A program made the position numbers and the translations under genes. A model generated the notes under the pieces. It was not told the origin of the DNA, did not search any database, and was given only the letters and a program-made list of their open reading frames with translations. Below are positions 59,469 to 64,000 of a stretch of DNA of 64,000 bases, in pieces. Within the stretch, counting starts at the first letter, position 1; each line of letters begins with the position of its first letter. This DNA is from Pseudomonadota bacterium (GTDB taxonomy: Bacteria; Pseudomonadota; Gammaproteobacteria; Burkholderiales; Burkholderiaceae_B), in the NCBI GenBank assembly GCA_023440825.1, contig JAEXRL010000030.1, positions 167,408 to 231,407 on the forward strand, read 5' to 3'.

Positions 59469-60233
59469 ATGCGTATGCTGGAAGGAAAAAAAGGTTTAAT
59501 TCTGGGTATAGCTAATGAACACAGCATAGCTTGGGCCTGTGCTCAGGCTATGCATCAGGCTGGAGCCCAATTAGGTGCTACGTGGCAAACCGACAAATCG
59601 CGTTCTTATGTCGAGCCTTTACTTGATTCTTTGCCTATGCAGATCAAGCAGGCTTTAGATGTGTCCGATGATGCTCAGTGGCAGTCCTTGTTCGAGACAG
59701 TGGCTGAGCGTTGGGGACAACTGGATTTTCTTATTCACTCTATCGCGTTTGCACCTCAAAAAGATCTTCATGGTCGCGTGCTGGACTGCTCGCGTGAGGG
59801 CTTTTCGCAAGCGATGGATATCTCGTGTCATTCCTTTATTCGGGCAGCTCAGTGGGCCGCACCCCTAATGAAGCAAGGGGGGAGCTTAATGGCCATGTCG
59901 TATCTAGGCAGTGAGCGAGTTGTACCCAACTATGGCTTGATGGGGCCTGTAAAGGCCGCTTTGGAAGCCACAGTGCGGTATTTGGCGGCCGAACTGGGTC
60001 CTGCAGGCATACGTGTTAATTCAGTGTCTCCGGGGGCTATTGCCACCCGTGCTGCATCGGGTTTGCAAGATTTTGATGCCCTCGTGCAAGACTATGCGCA
60101 ACGTGCTCCTATACCTGGTGTGCTCAGCAGTCAGGATATCGCCCCATTATGTGTTTTTTTGGCCAGCGACGGGGCACGTGCTATGAGTGGCACTACACTG
60201 TATGTAGACGGTGGCTACCATATACTCAGTTAA
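59469..60233 (+). CDS. fabI: Enoyl-[acyl-carrier-protein] reductase (NADH)
   Basis: LEGKKGLILGIANEHSIAW and the SDR Y-x6-K motif (PNYGLMGPVKAALE) are present, with a C-terminal G.T.YVDGGYHI. GGAG lies 8 nt upstream of ATG 59469. The ORF-track 5' extension overlaps yhdP. Confidence 0.92.
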   Translation: MRMLEGKKGLILGIANEHSIAWACAQAMHQAGAQLGATWQTDKSRSYVEPLLDSLPMQIKQALDVSDDAQWQSLFETVAERWGQLDFLIHSIAFAPQKDLHGRVLDCSREGFSQAMDISCHSFIRAAQWAAPLMKQGGSLMAMSYLGSERVVPNYGLMGPVKAALEATVRYLAAELGPAGIRVNSVSPGAIATRAASGLQDFDALVQDYAQRAPIPGVLSSQDIAPLCVFLASDGARAMSGTTLYVDGGYHILS

Positions 60234-60585
60234 TAACTAGATGCTTCTTTCACTCCGATCCTCTCAGCGTGACAGAAAAAAGTGTGGGTATATGCCCGAA
60301 TGACTATCGTTTGGTGTTGTGTAAGCGTCTGTCTCCTAGGCAACATTACACACAGGACATGCGTGATCAGGCATGCGTCAAGCACTGCTTGCGCGTTGCA
60401 GCCTAGGGAGGCGAGCGGGATTATGTGCGCTTGTCCGTATAAGGAGATGCTTAAAAAACGCCATGCATGACGAATCGGATAGGGAAAGGTAACTTGACCC
60501 TATAAGGGGGCTAACGAAAAATCTAGGCCTGAGCTTGGCCCTTTAGGCCAGAGCTGTATTCGTTAATCAACTAGGAGACAACTGC

Positions 60586-61035
60586 ATGCGTAGAGTCGAC
60601 TACCGAGATGTAATCGGTGGCGGGTTAGTCACGCTTGCCGGGGGAGCAGCGATGTATCATTCCATGACTACATTTTCTCTAGGCACGGCTGACCGGATGG
60701 GGCCAGGGTATTTTCCAGCATTGGTGGGAGGTCTTTTGATGCTGTGTGGCATCTTGATACTCATTCCTGCCTTTATGCGAGCGGGCCCTATGCCCGTTTT
60801 TGAGTTTAGGCCTTTGTTTTGGATTAGTGTCTCCGTTTTGGCATTTGCCTTACTGGTTCTGCCCTTCGGTCTGGCGCCCGCCATCTTGATACAAACCGTT
60901 TTGTCAGGACTTTCTGACTGTAAATTATCCTTAAAGCGCTCACTGCTGTTGGGCGTAGCGCTCTCTGTTGGTGCAGTCCTGATCTTTAAAGTGGGGCTGG
61001 GTGTCATCCTGCCAATTTTTGCCTGGCCATGGTAG
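60586..61035 (+). CDS. tctB: Tripartite tricarboxylate transporter small membrane subunit TctB
   Basis: It is a 149-aa, 4-TM protein with the GPGYFP motif and lies immediately upstream of tctA. Confidence 0.8.
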   Translation: MRRVDYRDVIGGGLVTLAGGAAMYHSMTTFSLGTADRMGPGYFPALVGGLLMLCGILILIPAFMRAGPMPVFEFRPLFWISVSVLAFALLVLPFGLAPAILIQTVLSGLSDCKLSLKRSLLLGVALSVGAVLIFKVGLGVILPIFAWPW

Positions 61036-61047
61036 GAGCAGAGGAAA

Positions 61048-62553
61048 ATGGAATTATTTAACAATATGGCCTTGGGCCTGACGACTGCGCTGGCCTGGAA
61101 TAATCTGCTGTGGTGCATCATAGGTGTCAGTTTAGGTACCTTGATCGGTGTTATTCCTGGGGTGGGAACATTGGCTACGATGTCGCTGCTGTTTCCCATT
61201 ACGTATGTGCTCGAGCCTACGGCTGCCGTTATTATGTTGGCGGGCATTTGGTATGGCAGTACATATGGGGGGTCTACCGCGTCAATTTTGCTGAATTTGC
61301 CCGGTACACCGGCCAATGCCGTCACGTGTTTGGATGGCTTTCCCATGGCGCAGCAGGGGCGCGCAGGGGTTGCTTTGCTGATGACTACGGTAGCCTCGTT
61401 TGTGGGGGCGAGTGTTGGCATTATTCTGATGATGCTGTTCGCGCCTATGGTGACTCAGCTAGCTTTTCAGTTTGGCCCTGCTGAGTATTTTTCTATCATG
61501 GTATTGGGGCTGGTGTCAGCATCCGTAGTCTCGTCTGGATCGGCGATTAAAGGCATTGCCATGGTGGTAGGCGGAGTCATGCTGGGCTTAGTGGGCACGG
61601 ACGTGAACTCGGGTGTTGCGCGCTTTGATTTTGGGTTTCCAGAGCTACAGGACGGTGTGCAGATTGTTGCATTAGCCATGGGCTTGTTTGGTGTCACCGA
61701 AATTGTCGCCAGTATTAATCACATTAAAGCGAGTGGCAAGATCGATGTGTCGATGAAGTCCATGCTGCCCACGCGCGACGAGATGAGGCGCTCCTGGGGA
61801 CCTATGGCCAGAGGGTCAGGCCTGGGCTCGTTCTTTGGCATTTTGCCAGGGGTGGGGCCTACGGTGGCAGCCTTTATGTCTTATGCGCTGGAAAAACGCG
61901 GCTCTAAGCATCCGGAGCGATTTGGTCATGGTGCTATCGAAGGCATCATGGGACCGGAGACGGCGAATAGTGCTACCGATATGGCATCGTTTATTCCGAC
62001 TATGACATTGGGCATACCCGGTAGCGTAACGATGGCCTTGATTATTGGGGCTCTGATGATTCATGGCCTTCAGCCTGGTCCAACAATGTTGGCAGAGCAG
62101 CCCGAGATATTTTGGGGCTTGGTGATGAGCTTCTGGATTGGAAATATCGCCTTGGTAGTGCTGAATGTGCCCATGATTGGTTTATGGGTGCGAGTATTGA
62201 CGATTCCCTATCCAGTTTTGTATCCGGCCATCATTATGTTTATTTGCATTGGCACGTATGCGGTAAACAATAGCGTTTTCGATGTGTATGCGGTGTTATT
62301 ATTTGGCGTGGCTGGCTATATCTTAAGGGTTCTGGATTTTGAGCCGGCTCCTTTGTTGCTTGGCTATGTTTTAGGGCCTATGCTGGAGGAGTATTTCCGA
62401 CGTGCCATGCTGTTATCGCGAGGTAGCCTGGAGACATTTATTGACCGCCCAATTAGCATGTGGGTACTCATACTGACAGCCAGCTTGTTACTCTGGAGTA
62501 TGTGGAGTAGTTTTCGACGGCGCTCGAATATACCCAAGGTTCAAGCCGCTTGA
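61048..62553 (+). CDS. tctA: Tripartite tricarboxylate transporter large permease TctA
   Basis: It is a 501-aa polytopic protein with GVIPGVG, YGGSTASILLN.PG and GILPGVGPTVA.F.SY..E motifs. Confidence 0.9.
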   Translation: MELFNNMALGLTTALAWNNLLWCIIGVSLGTLIGVIPGVGTLATMSLLFPITYVLEPTAAVIMLAGIWYGSTYGGSTASILLNLPGTPANAVTCLDGFPMAQQGRAGVALLMTTVASFVGASVGIILMMLFAPMVTQLAFQFGPAEYFSIMVLGLVSASVVSSGSAIKGIAMVVGGVMLGLVGTDVNSGVARFDFGFPELQDGVQIVALAMGLFGVTEIVASINHIKASGKIDVSMKSMLPTRDEMRRSWGPMARGSGLGSFFGILPGVGPTVAAFMSYALEKRGSKHPERFGHGAIEGIMGPETANSATDMASFIPTMTLGIPGSVTMALIIGALMIHGLQPGPTMLAEQPEIFWGLVMSFWIGNIALVVLNVPMIGLWVRVLTIPYPVLYPAIIMFICIGTYAVNNSVFDVYAVLLFGVAGYILRVLDFEPAPLLLGYVLGPMLEEYFRRAMLLSRGSLETFIDRPISMWVLILTASLLLWSMWSSFRRRSNIPKVQAA

Positions 62554-62573
62554 CAATGTGAGCACAGAGTATA

Positions 62574-62599
62574 AAAAAGACCGCCTAGGCGGTCTTTTT
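62574..62599. terminator. Bidirectional rho-independent terminator between tctA and gdhA
   Basis: AAAAAGACCGCC-TA-GGCGGTCTTTTT forms a perfect stem with flanking A/T runs. Confidence 0.85.
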
Positions 62600-62622
62600 C
62601 TTGGCTGATTAGTGCACAGTGT

Positions 62623-63963
62623 TTAATAAACACCTTGATGTTGCATGGCCGTAGCCACTTTAACAAACCCGGCGATATTAGCGCCATGCATATAGTTGAT
62701 GTAGTCACCATCTTCACCATAGTTCACGCAGTTTTCGTGGATGTCGCACATGATGGCATGTAGCTTTTGGTCTACTTGATCACGTGTCCAAGCCAGACGC
62801 TGACTACCTTGGCTCATTTCTAGACCGGATACCGCGACGCCACCTGCATTGCTGGCCTTACCTGGAGCGTAGAGAACGCGTGCTTGTGTAAAGGCATGTA
62901 TCGCATCCAGAGTGCTAGGCATGTTTGCACCTTCCGCCACGCAAAGTACCCCATTACCAATCAGAGTGGCAGCGTCCTGACCGTCTAACTCGTTCTGGGT
63001 AGCGCAGGGTAAGGCCACGTCTACGGGTACGTGCCAAGGCCGTTTACCGGCGTCGTATTGCAAGCCCAATTTTTCAGCGTAGTCTTTGACTCGGCTACGA
63101 TCTTGATTTTTGATGTGCATCAAGATAGCGAGTTTTTCATGGTTAAAGCCATCCGGATCGATAACAGTGCCATGCGAGTCGGAAATGGTGAGTACTTTTG
63201 CGCCCAAGTGCAGGCATTTTTCGATCGCATACTGAGCGACGTTGCCGGAGCCGGAGACAGATACCTTCAGGCCGCTCATGGATAAGCCACGGCGCTTGAG
63301 CATTTCCTCAGCAAAGTAGACAGTGCCATAACCTGTTGCTTCAGGTCGTATCAGGCTGCCACCATAGCTTAGGTCTTTGCCTGTAAACACACAGCCGGCC
63401 TGATTAGATAGCTTTTTCATCATGCCAGCCATAAAGCCAACTTCTCGAGCCCCTACGCCTATATCGCCAGCAGGCACATCTGTGTCAGGGCCCAGGTGAC
63501 GATAGAGTTCTAGCATCAGTGCCTGACAAAAACGCATGACTTCACCATCAGACTTCGCTTTTGGGTCAAAGTCTGAGCCACCTTTAGCGCCGCCCATGGG
63601 CAAGGTGGTGAGGGCATTTTTGAAGGTCTGCTCGAAAGCGAGAAATTTAAGGATGGACAGATTAACAGAAGGGTGAAAACGCATCCCGCCTTTGAAGGGG
63701 CCAATAGCATTGCTGTGCTGTATACGAAAGCCACGGTTCACTTGAGTTTTACCTTGGTCATCGACCCAGGAAATTCGGAACTGTATAGCGCGTTCGGGTT
63801 CGACCAGACGCTCTAGTAAAGCGTGATTGGCATATTCAGGATGTTTTTCGATAAACGGCCAAAGGCTCGTCATTACTTCGCGTACAGCTTGCATAAACTC
63901 AGGCTGATGCGGATCACGGGCTTGGACTTTACCGAGGAATTGTTCTAATGAAAGTAGTTTCAT
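62623..63963 (-). CDS. gdhA: NADP-specific glutamate dehydrogenase
   Basis: It is 446 aa with GPFKGGMRFHP, the catalytic-lysine region LPMGGAKGGSDFDPK, the Rossmann segment VSGSGNVA and GANMP. Confidence 0.95.
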   Translation of the reverse strand: MKLLSLEQFLGKVQARDPHQPEFMQAVREVMTSLWPFIEKHPEYANHALLERLVEPERAIQFRISWVDDQGKTQVNRGFRIQHSNAIGPFKGGMRFHPSVNLSILKFLAFEQTFKNALTTLPMGGAKGGSDFDPKAKSDGEVMRFCQALMLELYRHLGPDTDVPAGDIGVGAREVGFMAGMMKKLSNQAGCVFTGKDLSYGGSLIRPEATGYGTVYFAEEMLKRRGLSMSGLKVSVSGSGNVAQYAIEKCLHLGAKVLTISDSHGTVIDPDGFNHEKLAILMHIKNQDRSRVKDYAEKLGLQYDAGKRPWHVPVDVALPCATQNELDGQDAATLIGNGVLCVAEGANMPSTLDAIHAFTQARVLYAPGKASNAGGVAVSGLEMSQGSQRLAWTRDQVDQKLHAIMCDIHENCVNYGEDGDYINYMHGANIAGFVKVATAMQHQGVY

Positions 63964-64000
63964 TGTATTGCTCTGTCAGTGAAGACTGAGGAGGCGAACC

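Noticed and set aside
60657-61421. 254-aa minus-strand ORF spanning tctB/tctA
   Set aside because: It is antisense to two well-supported transporter genes. It has a Pro/Ala/Thr/Lys-rich shadow-frame composition and no recognisable domain.
1-64000. Mobile elements, integrases, CRISPR arrays, phage or defence-system genes
   Set aside because: None of the translated ORFs resembles a transposase, integrase, Cas protein, restriction enzyme or known defence ATPase/nuclease. I noticed no direct-repeat arrays. By eye, the 20-36 kb block has a composition similar to its surroundings.

Overview
This looks like a chromosomal segment from a moderate-GC betaproteobacterium. The gene content looks Alcaligenaceae/Bordetella-like (a Bug/TctC-type binding protein, tctBA, etfBA plus acyl-CoA dehydrogenase, ccoNOQP-ccoG, fnr), but this is inference from the translated ORFs with no database search. 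I support about 50 protein genes, nearly all housekeeping: hldD 3' end, cysM, mltB, etfBA, rplS, rsgA, orn, acpS, nagZ, uvrC, pgsA, fur, queF, aceA, the cbb3 oxidase cluster, fnr, clpB, queH, glnE, yhdP, fabI, tctBA and gdhA. I saw no tRNA/rRNA genes, CRISPR arrays, IS elements or integrases.

The one accessory-looking block is 20.1-35.9 kb. It holds a three-gene cell-surface-signalling-like operon: a barrel-less STN-domain periplasmic protein, a FecI-type ECF sigma factor and a FecR-type anti-sigma factor. A 13.2-kb gene follows directly, encoding a 4396-aa TpsA/filamentous-haemagglutinin-family protein. No TpsB transporter, TonB-dependent receptor or toxin/immunity module is present in the window. 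From memory, the architecture resembles P. aeruginosa PUMA3 (VreA-VreI-VreR) plus PdtA.

Other points worth a second look:
- A 324-aa protein upstream of ccoS keeps the 8-TM core of a CcoI/FixI P1B-ATPase, including the CPC motif, but lacks every cytoplasmic domain.
- A near-consensus LexA box sits directly in front of a 71-aa ORF with a C-terminal TM segment.
- A bipartite (LplB-like + LplA-like) lipoate ligase is encoded by two overlapping ORFs.
- FNR boxes lie in front of the ccoI-like gene, ccoN and fnr.
- Two unannotated small genes, ccoS and ccoQ, were found by manual translation.
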